A DNA stretch of 64,000 nt from Spirochaetia bacterium (GTDB lineage: Bacteria; Spirochaetota; Spirochaetia; DSM-2461): assembly GCA_963666985.2 (NCBI GenBank), contig CAXXIA010000001.1, positions 608,001-672,000 of the forward strand, written 5' to 3'. Below, piece by piece: positions 9,641-19,179 of the stretch. Position numbers and translations under genes: made by a program. Within the stretch, counting starts at the first letter, position 1, and every line of letters begins with the position of its first letter. Below the pieces are notes generated by a model. That model searched no databases. It had not been told where the DNA came from and was given only the letters and a program-made list of their open reading frames with translations.

Positions 9641-11682
9641 TGGCCGATTCCTCTTCCCCGAAACAGTTTCGGGTTAATGGGAATTTTATCGATATCGGTA
9701 CCGGATGCCTGGCGGATCGAGCGGACAAAAGCCGCCGGAACAAGAAGCCATGGAAGGGTGGAGATGTCGCGGGGGGGTCTTTTCGATAGGGAATCGTAGA
9801 ATGCCACGTCAATCATCGGCAGTTCGCGCGGAGGTGTCCCGCCGAGACACCAAATGAGCGCTTTCTCTGTTTCCGCTTCAACGGCGGATCGGGCATGTTC
9901 GGGCATCAGTAAATGGCCGCCGTCGAGAAAAAGCCAGATATGGAGCGGCATGGCTTCCAGAGTTTCGGCCGATAGAGTCGATTCAACGATGCACACGCCC
10001 CAGGAAACCGTATCGAAGAAATTTCCTTCGATAAACCCCGATTCACCGAAACGTTTTACGGTTCTCCTCCTGCCGCGGGATACGGAGATGGGCAGGGCGT
10101 CCCGAAAGCGTCTTTTGGCCAAATCGCTGCAGGCAAGTTCCAGGAGCTTTGTGTAAACGGACACGTTCCGTCCAAAAAGAGAAGGTCCGGGATCGGCGGT
10201 TCCCTCGGGGAGATTTACCGAATATTTAACGGCGGATTCTTCTATCCCCAGCGTGCCGACGGCGATGTTCGTCCAGGCCCTGGAGAGAACTCCGCCCGAG
10301 GTGTAGGGCGGGATTTCGATTTCCAAATCGCCGTCGATGCCCAGCGTTAATGAAAGGGATGCGGATTCAAGCTCTCTGGGATGGTTTAGAAACCCGTTTC
10401 CGAACCAGGCACAGCTCATCCCTGTGCCGTTGAATGCCGCCGGCGGAACTTTGAGGTTCTTTCGGCTGAGCATAATTTGTTCGCAAGCCGCGTTTTTTCT
10501 TTCGAAATCGGAAGCCGACAAAGCCTTGTCGAGAAGCTGAGGCAGGCCGTAGTCTTTCGGAATCGGGATTCCGGGACCGAAGTGTTGATTCTTATGAGGC
10601 AGAACGGAACGGCGCCAGCCGCCCGGTGAAAGAAGGCAATTTTCGGCAACTCGGGAGGCGAAGAGTTCTCCCGCAAGGAACCCCAGCTCAAATCCGGCCG
10701 CCGGTCCGAGTTCTGAAGGCGGTGAAGTGCTGAAGGAAACAGCGCCTTTGATGGAATAATTGCGAATAGGAGAAATCCCGATGAGTCCCAGTGCGATTCG
10801 ATTCATGATTTCTTCGGCCATGGGAAAAAAGGCACCGGCGAAAAGCGTGAATTCGGCTTCCAATGCGAGAATGCGGCCTTCGGAATCTACGGCTCCCTTA
10901 ATGTGAAATTCGGCTCCGGGAGGACTTCCGCCCGAGGACGGATTATTCGGCGAGGTACTGATGCGGACGGATTTCTTCGCTTTCCAGGAAAGCAGCGCCG
11001 CACGGCAGCAATCGGTCAGGGTTTTGAACATTTCATCCGCGGCTCCGCTTCCCGGTCCGACCGAATAGGGCCTGACATTAACGGCGCTTCTATCGATTTT
11101 TAACGTACGGGAAACATGACGGCGGACGGCCCCCGGCCAGGGCGATGCGGTATGAATGGTAAAAGAAGCTCCATCCCGAAGACAGGTTACCGTGTTCTCC
11201 GACTGTTCATGCGGCCCTCCGGGAATCGTGAAGGTTTCTTCGACAACCTGAAACGCTGAAGCAAAGGATGCGGACAGGTTTCCCTTCGTCCATCGGTATT
11301 CCGACTCCGAGCCGTTTTCATTGGAAGCATCTGTGGAGTCTTCATTCGTTTCAATGCGGATGTGGGAGAGCCAATCCGAGGTTGTATCGAAATCCGGACT
11401 CGTCGCGGCAAGGATGGTTTGACCTTTCCATCGGATGTCTTTTTTCGCGAAGAGAGGAAGATCAACGCCGCCGACGGTTATTTTCGCATGTCCCGGTATG
11501 TCTTGAGAGACAACGTAGATAAGTCCTTCGGGAGGTTCGGGAATCTCCATTGCGGTAATGCGTCCGGATTCAATGGGAGAAGCAAGGACGATTCCTTCCT
11601 GGATACGCTTTCCTCCGGCATCATAAGGCCGCCGGATTCGTCCGGAGAGTTTTTCGGAAAGAGTCCTTTCGTCATGATCCAA
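9637..11682 (-). CDS. Xanthine dehydrogenase/CoxL-like large subunit, degenerate Moco-binding motifs
   Basis: Hammerhead-like N-terminus (LASPIESGRI, DIPG, PLFA..IRWKGQTILA), GAVDSEGRILALE, and position next to the Fe-S and FAD subunits. Canonical Moco motifs are not recognisable. Confidence 0.75.
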   Translation of the reverse strand: MDHDERTLSEKLSGRIRRPYDAGGKRIQEGIVLASPIESGRITAMEIPEPPEGLIYVVSQDIPGHAKITVGGVDLPLFAKKDIRWKGQTILAATSPDFDTTSDWLSHIRIETNEDSTDASNENGSESEYRWTKGNLSASFASAFQVVEETFTIPGGPHEQSENTVTCLRDGASFTIHTASPWPGAVRRHVSRTLKIDRSAVNVRPYSVGPGSGAADEMFKTLTDCCRAALLSWKAKKSVRISTSPNNPSSGGSPPGAEFHIKGAVDSEGRILALEAEFTLFAGAFFPMAEEIMNRIALGLIGISPIRNYSIKGAVSFSTSPPSELGPAAGFELGFLAGELFASRVAENCLLSPGGWRRSVLPHKNQHFGPGIPIPKDYGLPQLLDKALSASDFERKNAACEQIMLSRKNLKVPPAAFNGTGMSCAWFGNGFLNHPRELESASLSLTLGIDGDLEIEIPPYTSGGVLSRAWTNIAVGTLGIEESAVKYSVNLPEGTADPGPSLFGRNVSVYTKLLELACSDLAKRRFRDALPISVSRGRRRTVKRFGESGFIEGNFFDTVSWGVCIVESTLSAETLEAMPLHIWLFLDGGHLLMPEHARSAVEAETEKALIWCLGGTPPRELPMIDVAFYDSLSKRPPRDISTLPWLLVPAAFVRSIRQASGTDIDKIPINPKLFRGRGIGQ

Positions 11683-12994
11683 TGCCGTCTCCCAGGAACT
11701 CGCGGATCATATCGGTAATCCGGATCATGTTCCTTTTTCCCATTGAAGGCCAGAGAGGGAGCGAGAGGCTTCGATTGGAAAGATCCTCGGCTACGGGGAA
11801 GTCGTTATCGGCAAAACGGTATCGTTTGCTCCAGTAGCTCATTCTATGAAGAGGAATGAAATGCAGAGAGCAGCCGATTCCCCGCCTTTCAAGATGATCC
11901 GCAAGGGCATTCCTGATTTTTTCGGAGGGAAGGCGAATCACATAGAGATGCCAGGCATTCCCGGGGCCGTCCGGGGGAAGCTCCAATCCGGAGATGCCGG
12001 TAAGGCGGGCGGAATATTCCTTCGCCAGGAAGGTTCTGTCGGCGAGAAATCCGTCGGCTTTCCCGAGCTGGACCCGTCCGATTGCCGATGCGATATCGGT
12101 AAGGTTGTACTTGTATCCCGGAGCGACGATATCATATTCCCAGGAACGCGGTCCGGCTCCGGCGCGATAGCGGTTCCAGACTTCCCGGTCGATGCCGTGG
12201 AGTCTCATGGTCCGCATTCTCGCGGCATAATCGGGATTTGACGTTGCGATCATTCCGCCTTCGCCCGTTGTGATCGTTTTCGTCGCATAAAACGAGAACA
12301 CGCCGATGTCTCCGAGATCGCCGGCCATCCCCAGCGGTGTTCTCGAAGGGAAGGCATGCGCGGCATCCTCGATGATCGGAATGTTTCGGCCTCCGATCAC
12401 GTTCCTGATGGCGGATATATCACACGGCAGCCCCGCGAAGTGGACGGGGATGACCGCTTTTATATCGTCAATGGTTTTTCTCAGACAATTCGGGTCCATA
12501 TTGGCGGTTTCCGGTTGGGAATCCACGAAAATGGGATCCGCGCCCAGATACCGGACTATTTCCGCTGTGGACGCGAATGTGTATGTGGGAACGGCCACGC
12601 GATCGCCGGGGCCCACGCCGACCGCTTCCAACGCCAAATGAAGTCCCGCTGTCGCCGAACTCACCGCCAAACAGGTGGGAGGGAGGATCGCCGGATTTTC
12701 GGAATGGTTTTGTTTCGGTGTTTTTTCGCCTCTTTTTTCATCGTCCGAGTTTGCCGGCCGTCCTTGTTTCAGAATCTCGGCGAACTCCGCTTCAAAAAGC
12801 GCCGTTTCCTCGCCGGTGGTGATCCATCCGCTTTTAAGAACCCTTGCCACGGCCATGGCTTCCCGGCAGCCCATTGAGGGCTTGAAAAAAGGGATGGCCT
12901 TCTTTAATCGCCGGCCCGCGGAGAGTTTTAAATCAGGGACGGTTTTGCCTGAATCACGGCTGAGGATATTCCCGCCGTCAATATTCCGGTTCAT
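11672..12994 (-). CDS. DegT/DnrJ/EryC1/StrS PLP-dependent sugar aminotransferase
   Basis: SGWITTG, VSSATAGLHLAL, IEDAAHA, SFYATKTITTGEGG (catalytic Lys) and GYKYNLTD. Start estimated at ATG 12994. Confidence 0.95.
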   Translation of the reverse strand: MNRNIDGGNILSRDSGKTVPDLKLSAGRRLKKAIPFFKPSMGCREAMAVARVLKSGWITTGEETALFEAEFAEILKQGRPANSDDEKRGEKTPKQNHSENPAILPPTCLAVSSATAGLHLALEAVGVGPGDRVAVPTYTFASTAEIVRYLGADPIFVDSQPETANMDPNCLRKTIDDIKAVIPVHFAGLPCDISAIRNVIGGRNIPIIEDAAHAFPSRTPLGMAGDLGDIGVFSFYATKTITTGEGGMIATSNPDYAARMRTMRLHGIDREVWNRYRAGAGPRSWEYDIVAPGYKYNLTDIASAIGRVQLGKADGFLADRTFLAKEYSARLTGISGLELPPDGPGNAWHLYVIRLPSEKIRNALADHLERRGIGCSLHFIPLHRMSYWSKRYRFADNDFPVAEDLSNRSLSLPLWPSMGKRNMIRITDMIREFLGDGIGS

Positions 12995-14444
12995 TATCCG
13001 GTCCTTCCACATTCGGAAAATGTCGGCTGACGATCTTTCTGAGGGCATGACGGTTCCGAAACCGCGAAGGATGATTCGGATCGAGCTTCAAAATCGATTT
13101 TAATTCTTCCAGAATCTCTTCGGCCGAGAAGCCGTTGACGGAAGGAATGGCAACCCGGACGATGCGGGGATGTTCGGTTTCCAGAGGTTTTTCCTCATCG
13201 GACCAGAGGCGTTCGGTTTTTTTCTCACCGGGTCTCATGCCTATAAAGGTTATGGGTATGCTCTCCTCATCGAAACCGTAGAATCGAATCATCTGTCTGG
13301 CGAAATCGACGATGCGAACCGGTTCCCCCATGTCCAGCAAATAAAGGCCGCCGTCCTCGAGCCCGGCGGTTTTGAGAACCAGACTGACGGCCTCCGGAAT
13401 GGTCATGAACCACCGGCGGGCATCGGGATGGGTTACCGTTACGGGTCCGCCCGAGAGGATTTGGTCTTTAAAAAGAGGCATGATGCTTCCGCGGGATCCT
13501 AAGACATTTCCGAAGCGCACAACCTTGAAATCCCTGCCGGATTTCCTTTGTTCCAGTACCAGGGCTTCGGCGATTCGCTTGCTGGCGCCGTAAACGCTGA
13601 CAGGATCGACGGCTTTATCCGTGGAAATAAGAACGAACCTGTCGACGCCGGTTTTGACGGCGGCTTCAATAAGGTTGTGCGTGCCCAGGACATTGTTCTT
13701 CATCGCCTCGACGGGATTGGATTCCATCATCGGCACGTGTTTGTGGGCGGCGCAGTGGAAGATGACATCGGCGTTCAGGCGGGAAAGAAGGAAATTGATA
13801 TAATCTTCATCCTGGAGTTCTCCGATGATGGGTACGATGGTCGCCTTTTCGCCTACGCCGGCGTCCTGAAGCCGCCGCAGCTCCCGTTCAATTCCCCAAA
13901 TGCTGTTTTCTCCGTGTCCCAAAAGATAAAGTCTTTCGGCGCCGCCGTAGAGAAGCTGACGCGAGAGCTCGCTTCCGATGCTGCCTCCCGCGCCTGTTAC
14001 AAGGACTCTTTTCCCCCGAACATACGAGAGACTTTCTTTCAGGTGAATAAGAACCGGCTCGCGTCCCAGGAGATCCTGAGGATCCATGTCTCTGGCCTGG
14101 ACGAAATGAGGATCGGCGGTAACGATTTGGCTGACCGAAGGAAGAATGCGAATGCGGTTGAAATCGGCCCGCTTCAGAGCTTCATGGACCTGGTTAAGCC
14201 TTTTCCGCGGAACCGAAGGCAGCGCGATAAGCGCTTCGGCGCCGTGTCCTTTATCGAGAAGACCGGCGCATGTGTCGACCGGACCCAGAACGGGAATCCC
14301 ATCGATGATGGTACCGATTTTTTCACGGTCATCGTCTAAGAAAGCGATGACTTCTCCAACAACATTGTTGTCTTTAATCTCTCTGGCGATGGCCCGGCCG
14401 AATTGCCCGGCGCCGACAATGTAGATGCGGTTGCCCTTGGCCAT
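12978..14444 (-). CDS. Nucleoside-diphosphate sugar 4,6-dehydratase (CapD/PglF family), no N-terminal TM domain
   Basis: VGAGQFG, DLLGREPV, VTGAGGSIGSEL, AAHKHVP, ISTDKAV, YGASK, RFGNVLGSRGS and GMRPGEK motifs. Confidence 0.95.
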   Translation of the reverse strand: MAKGNRIYIVGAGQFGRAIAREIKDNNVVGEVIAFLDDDREKIGTIIDGIPVLGPVDTCAGLLDKGHGAEALIALPSVPRKRLNQVHEALKRADFNRIRILPSVSQIVTADPHFVQARDMDPQDLLGREPVLIHLKESLSYVRGKRVLVTGAGGSIGSELSRQLLYGGAERLYLLGHGENSIWGIERELRRLQDAGVGEKATIVPIIGELQDEDYINFLLSRLNADVIFHCAAHKHVPMMESNPVEAMKNNVLGTHNLIEAAVKTGVDRFVLISTDKAVDPVSVYGASKRIAEALVLEQRKSGRDFKVVRFGNVLGSRGSIMPLFKDQILSGGPVTVTHPDARRWFMTIPEAVSLVLKTAGLEDGGLYLLDMGEPVRIVDFARQMIRFYGFDEESIPITFIGMRPGEKKTERLWSDEEKPLETEHPRIVRVAIPSVNGFSAEEILEELKSILKLDPNHPSRFRNRHALRKIVSRHFPNVEGPDNEPEY

Positions 14445-14640
14445 ATAGCCCAATGTAGCATCGAATTGATGAGTGGGGAAGCACGGATAGGATAAGAGAC
14501 GATTCCAAAATGCGGCGATTTTCGGGATGAAGCCCTTCCGGAGGAATCAGGCGGGGGTTCGAGCGTCGAAGAACCTCAAATTTCGTGAATTCGAAAATTG
14601 CTTTTCTCAATTCGCCGGGAACGGAACCGACATTGAAGAT

Positions 14641-15111
14641 ATGGAACATTTTAAAAGAATTTCGGCCCTCGCATTTCTTCTCGTCGCGGGATTAACGGTC
14701 GGTGCCGAAGCGCATACATTTCTCGTCGATACCTGGGAGAACGCCGATCGCGAAGATTTGGAAGAGGAAGAGCGATTCAACCATATCGCTCTTGAATCGG
14801 GCATGATGGACGTTCTTTTCGACAAAGGACATATTTTCTTCAATATTTATACGTCTTTTTCGGAAATGGACGAAACGCCGCCGACCGGTTCTGCCTTGAA
14901 ATTGGCCGGAGAAGAAGGGGCTGATTTTCTTATTGAGCTTGTACCGGATGAAAACGGCGCCGCATGGCGGCTTTTCAGTACATCGAAAATGACGGAAAGC
15001 GATCATGGTTATGCCGCTATTGACGATATTGATGAAGAAATGGAGGAAGTCCAGCGCTGGATGTCTCTCGGCGGCATCCTGACGGGACAAATCTTGGCGG
15101 CCGCGCATTGA
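14641..15111 (+). CDS. Hypothetical exported acidic protein
   Basis: ATG 14641 gives a signal peptide (MEHFKRISALAFLLVAGLTVGAEA); fills the intergenic gap. Confidence 0.6.
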   Translation: MEHFKRISALAFLLVAGLTVGAEAHTFLVDTWENADREDLEEEERFNHIALESGMMDVLFDKGHIFFNIYTSFSEMDETPPTGSALKLAGEEGADFLIELVPDENGAAWRLFSTSKMTESDHGYAAIDDIDEEMEEVQRWMSLGGILTGQILAAAH

Positions 15112-15221
15112 ACCTTGCCATGAGATTCTAACCTGGTCCGTTTGTTCGGCCGATGAATAGATAAGGATCATCGCCGGGAGGATCAGGAAGTTTCGGCGAC
15201 GGTTGCGAGGAGTCATCCGCG

Positions 15222-16508
15222 ATGAAGAAATGCATCGGTCTTATATTGTTGCTGCAGTTATCCCTATTCGGTTTTGCCGATTCGGTTTGGACGGGCAACG
15301 CCGCTGTCGGCGGGCTTTCCGAATTTCCGGGAACTTCGGATGTTTACAGAGCCGCTTCGAATTCTTTCCCGGCGGGAACAATCCTTGAAGTCACCAATCC
15401 TAAGGGCGGAAAAAGCACGCGAGTTACGGTTATCGGCCGTCTCGATACCCCCGGCGTTTTTCTTTTAATAGAACAGAAAGCGGCCGAGCTCATCGGCTTA
15501 CCGACCGATCACGTTCTTCCGGTTCGGGTAAGTCCCGTGCAGACCGGTCTTATCAATCCGATGGAAGAAACAGCCGATACGGCGGTTTCCTCCGATGCCG
15601 TTACGGATGATTCCGATTACAATCCCGCGGCGGGTCTTGGTGAGGCTCCTTTGGAACCGCGAACGGCAATCGCGGCCGAACCGGAACCCTCCGAGGACGC
15701 AATCGAACGGGTCGAGGCGGCGGAAGAACAATCCGCGGTGGATGAAATACTCGTTACACCCGTTCCCGAAGTTCTTAATAAAGATTCTCTCGAAGCGGAC
15801 GAAGTTGATGATGTCGATTCCTTGGAAGCGGAAAACGATAAGATTCTTGCGGAACTGGTCATCCCCCCGGAAATCCCCGAGAGTGAAGGGGAAAGGGAAA
15901 CCATCTTTACCTACAGTCTCGACGATGAGAAACCGGAGAAGGATGAAGAACCCGCAATCGTTTTAAATAATGATAAAACCCAAGAGATTCCTCCGGCCGA
16001 AATCCCTCAAGAAATTGAAGCCCTTCCCGATTCGTCCGCGAATGAAGCGGATATTAAAGACGATGACGGAAGCGTCGTTTATTTCCTAACGCCTTCCGAT
16101 CTTCGTCCGCCGCCGCCCGTCGAGCCGCCGCAGGTTGAACCGCCGCCCGTCGAACCGGCCGCGGTCGATCTCAGAGATCAAATTATTCGTGACAAGGACG
16201 TTTCCGGGAGTGAAATCATTATTACGGATGCCGCGCATGCGGCCGACGATACGGAAATCTCCCCGGCGAAGGACGGGTTTTCCTACATCCAAATCGGAGC
16301 TTATAAAAACCGTGCCGTTCTTGAAGAAACGGCGCGCAGAATTCGATCTTCAGGAATGAACTATCCCATGAGTCTCGCAACGGGGAATCTCGGGGGCATG
16401 CCGGTCTATAAGCTTCTCATCGGCCCGTTGAAGCCCGCTGAACGAGGTGTTGTTCTTCAGTCGCTGAAAACGTCTGCCTATCCGGACGCCTTTCCCTATA
16501 ATCCGTGA
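15222..16508 (+). CDS. SPOR-domain protein with N-terminal RlpA-like (DPBB) domain and acidic linker
   Basis: Signal peptide; AASNSFPAGTILEVTNP...RVTVIGR; C-terminal YIQIGAY...YKLLIGP...YPDAF. Confidence 0.8.
   Translation: MKKCIGLILLLQLSLFGFADSVWTGNAAVGGLSEFPGTSDVYRAASNSFPAGTILEVTNPKGGKSTRVTVIGRLDTPGVFLLIEQKAAELIGLPTDHVLPVRVSPVQTGLINPMEETADTAVSSDAVTDDSDYNPAAGLGEAPLEPRTAIAAEPEPSEDAIERVEAAEEQSAVDEILVTPVPEVLNKDSLEADEVDDVDSLEAENDKILAELVIPPEIPESEGERETIFTYSLDDEKPEKDEEPAIVLNNDKTQEIPPAEIPQEIEALPDSSANEADIKDDDGSVVYFLTPSDLRPPPPVEPPQVEPPPVEPAAVDLRDQIIRDKDVSGSEIIITDAAHAADDTEISPAKDGFSYIQIGAYKNRAVLEETARRIRSSGMNYPMSLATGNLGGMPVYKLLIGPLKPAERGVVLQSLKTSAYPDAFPYNP
16110..16157 (+). repeat. Intragenic 15-bp x3 repeat encoding PPxVE
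   Basis: ccgccgcccgtcgag / ccgccgcaggttgaa / ccgccgcccgtcgaa. Confidence 0.7.
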
Positions 16509-17260
16509 ACCATACGCGGGAAGAACTCCGGGAAATGGCGGAATGCCTGGAGAAAGTGGGCTGGGGCGTTCTTCCTCCGGAACGTTTTCTAAGCGATATG
16601 GATACCGAATTCCTCAATTATTGGGATTCTGTGAAGTCCTACACGCTGATTTCACCCGAAAGAGGCTGGGCCCTTGCCGAGGCCGTACGATATGTCTGCC
16701 GTTCGGGAATTCGGGGAGATATCGCCGAGTGCGGTGTTTGGAAGGGCGGAGCCTGTCTTTTGGCGTCCCAGATCCTTCATCATGAAGAACCGGATACAAA
16801 AAGGCGTATTTGGCTCTACGATACTTTTACGGGAATGGTTGAACCGGGGATTGAGGATAGAATCGCCGCCGGCGGACAGCCGCTTTCGGAACGCCATCCC
16901 GAGGGATGGTGGACGTCCTCCATGGAAGAAGTCCGTCAAACACTTCATCAATCTCCGTTTCCATTGGACACTTTTTCCCTTGTACCCGGACGTGTGGAAG
17001 AAACATTGAAGCGGAAGAAGCCGGATCATCTGGCGATTCTTCGGCTCGATACCGATTGGTATGAATCGACCAAGGCGGAACTTGTTGAACTGTATCCGAG
17101 GCTGGAACCGGGCGGAGTTTTAATTATCGACGACTACGGTCATTTCACGGGAGCCAGGAAAGCCGTCGACGAATATTTTCATTCAATCGGAGAAAAGGTT
17201 CTGCTCCACCGGAGCGACTATACGGGCCGAGTCCACGTTAAAAGCCGGGAGCTTCATTAA
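16505..17260 (+). CDS. TylF/MycF/NovP family O-methyltransferase
   Basis: GDIAECGVWKGG, WLYDTFTGM, LRLDTDWYEST and GGVLIIDDYG motifs. Confidence 0.92.
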   Translation: MNHTREELREMAECLEKVGWGVLPPERFLSDMDTEFLNYWDSVKSYTLISPERGWALAEAVRYVCRSGIRGDIAECGVWKGGACLLASQILHHEEPDTKRRIWLYDTFTGMVEPGIEDRIAAGGQPLSERHPEGWWTSSMEEVRQTLHQSPFPLDTFSLVPGRVEETLKRKKPDHLAILRLDTDWYESTKAELVELYPRLEPGGVLIIDDYGHFTGARKAVDEYFHSIGEKVLLHRSDYTGRVHVKSRELH

Positions 17261-17264
17261 TACG

Positions 17265-17891
17265 TCAGCCGAAAGAATGAAGTGCAAAGGCCGCCGTATT
17301 GTGAAGAATATGTGCCAGAAGAAGACTCCAGATATTTCTTCTAAAAAGGTATACGCCCGTATAGAGAGTTCCCGCCAGCGCGGCAAAGACAACGCTCCGG
17401 GGTCCGTTTCCAATGTGGATAAGCGCGAAAAGTCCTATGGAAAGGATCGCGGAGATTCTCGAATCCATACCGAGAAAAGGAAGAACGCCGTTAAGCCAGG
17501 AGCGGAAAAAAATCTCCTCGGCCGCCGCCGAAACAACGGCAAGCAAGAGAAAGAGAAAAAGCTGCCGCGGGAATAAATCCCGAATAACGGTTTCGGTTTC
17601 CCCGGCGGGAAAGAACAGCCCCATTAAGAGGGTTGCGGCGGCAAGTCCGACGGCAATGAATATTTCACACCATCCGAAATCGCTCCATCCCAGACTCTTA
17701 CGGTCAACCGGAACCCCCGATAGTCCGAGATATACCGGAAGGATCACCAAAATGATTCGAATGATGAGGAATAAAACAATGAATTGTTGAATCGGTATGT
17801 TATTGTTTGTAGGAAGGGGAATAACCGCCGGCAGAAAAAATGCGGTGAAAAGAAAAGCTGTTAGAATGCCGATCAGCGGACGTTTTGCCAT
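17265..17891 (-). CDS. CPBP/CAAX (Abi) intramembrane metalloprotease
   Basis: EEIFFR, FALIH and AHILHN motifs. Confidence 0.9.
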   Translation of the reverse strand: MAKRPLIGILTAFLFTAFFLPAVIPLPTNNNIPIQQFIVLFLIIRIILVILPVYLGLSGVPVDRKSLGWSDFGWCEIFIAVGLAAATLLMGLFFPAGETETVIRDLFPRQLFLFLLLAVVSAAAEEIFFRSWLNGVLPFLGMDSRISAILSIGLFALIHIGNGPRSVVFAALAGTLYTGVYLFRRNIWSLLLAHILHNTAAFALHSFG

Positions 17892-17933
17892 GCTTTTACG
17901 ATTTTACCGTCAGTCGGTCGATAATGGAATGAT

Positions 17934-19151
17934 ATGTGGATAGCCGTCCTTGCAGTGCTTCTTATAATTCTCGTCTTCCTTCTTCGGCCCAAAGGATCTT
18001 TTTCGGCTTCGGAAACACATCGGCGAGGGCGTATCGAATTTTATTCAAAGGGAATGGATGCCGGTTTTTCTCTCGCTGAAATCAATCTTCTTTGGTCGGC
18101 CGCCGTTAGGGCCGACCTTCCCAACCCTCCCGTTATATACGGTTCGGTGGAAGAACTGGATAAAGCCATCAATCAGATAGCCGGAGAGAAGAAGTTTTCG
18201 GATCGGAAAGGACTTGAACCGGAAACCGTAATTCTGAAGAAACTCTTCAATTATCGGAAGAAGATTGAAATGTCCCGCCCGAAATATAAGTCCGGATTGA
18301 AAACGACTCGGGATATCGCCGTGGGACAAAGGCTGACCATTCGTTCCGGCGGGGCGGGAATCTACACATCGAAGATTATCGATAACGAACAGGCTTACAT
18401 GACCATATCCATCCCCGTCGGAGATCCTCTTCCTCCGGGATTCAGCTGGCGTCAAGGTCGAATTAATGTGTATTTTTGGCGAAAAGACGATGCCGGTTAT
18501 TTTTTTCAGACGAAACTGATCGAACGTTACTATGACCGTAAGGGACAGCATTTTCGAATCAACCACAGCGACAACATCCTAAGAAGTCAGAAAAGAAAAT
18601 CGGTGAGAGCTCCGGCGAAAATTCCGGCGAGGATGTATCCGCTCAAAACCCTGGACGACGCGAATCTCTGGATGGAATCCGCTTCAGGATTAAGCTGTAT
18701 TATCCTCGATATCTCGGAAGATGGTGCGGCGCTTCGAATCGGAGGAAAAGGAAGAAAGGGACAGCCGTTTAAGCTCCAGTTTAAAATCCGGAATGAGATT
18801 CTCGTGGTTTCCGGTGTTGTTAAAAGGGTTACCTATAAACAGAAAGAAGACGAGTCGGTACTGCATGTTGAATTTATTCCTCCGCCGGAAAATATTCGGA
18901 TGGCCATTTTATCGTATGTGTTCGACATAGACAGAACCAGGGCCGCCAAAGGAAACGAATCGGACCAGGATGGGGTTCTGAGCGTTATTTCGGGATTAAA
19001 TCCGGAAGCCGATGAGTCGGAGCGGGAAGGGGAACTGCTTCCCATTCAAGAGAATGAAGAGAACGAGGAAGAATTGGAAGAAATCCTCCCCGAAGAAGAT
19101 TCCGAAGACGCGGAAGAAGCGGGTATTGAAGAACTTGAGTCCGTAGACTGA
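17934..19151 (+). CDS. PilZ-domain / YcgR-like flagellar brake protein with acidic tail
   Basis: N-terminal TM segment; QKRKSVR (RxxxR) and DISEDG (DxSxxG) c-di-GMP motifs. Confidence 0.85.
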   Translation: MWIAVLAVLLIILVFLLRPKGSFSASETHRRGRIEFYSKGMDAGFSLAEINLLWSAAVRADLPNPPVIYGSVEELDKAINQIAGEKKFSDRKGLEPETVILKKLFNYRKKIEMSRPKYKSGLKTTRDIAVGQRLTIRSGGAGIYTSKIIDNEQAYMTISIPVGDPLPPGFSWRQGRINVYFWRKDDAGYFFQTKLIERYYDRKGQHFRINHSDNILRSQKRKSVRAPAKIPARMYPLKTLDDANLWMESASGLSCIILDISEDGAALRIGGKGRKGQPFKLQFKIRNEILVVSGVVKRVTYKQKEDESVLHVEFIPPPENIRMAILSYVFDIDRTRAAKGNESDQDGVLSVISGLNPEADESEREGELLPIQENEENEEELEEILPEEDSEDAEEAGIEELESVD

Positions 19152-19179
19152 ACGATTCGGCAAGATAAGCCGGTAATAG

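Noticed and set aside
8834..9799. 321-aa plus-strand ORF
   Set aside because: It is an antisense shadow of the FAD and Fe-S subunit genes with no recognisable motifs.
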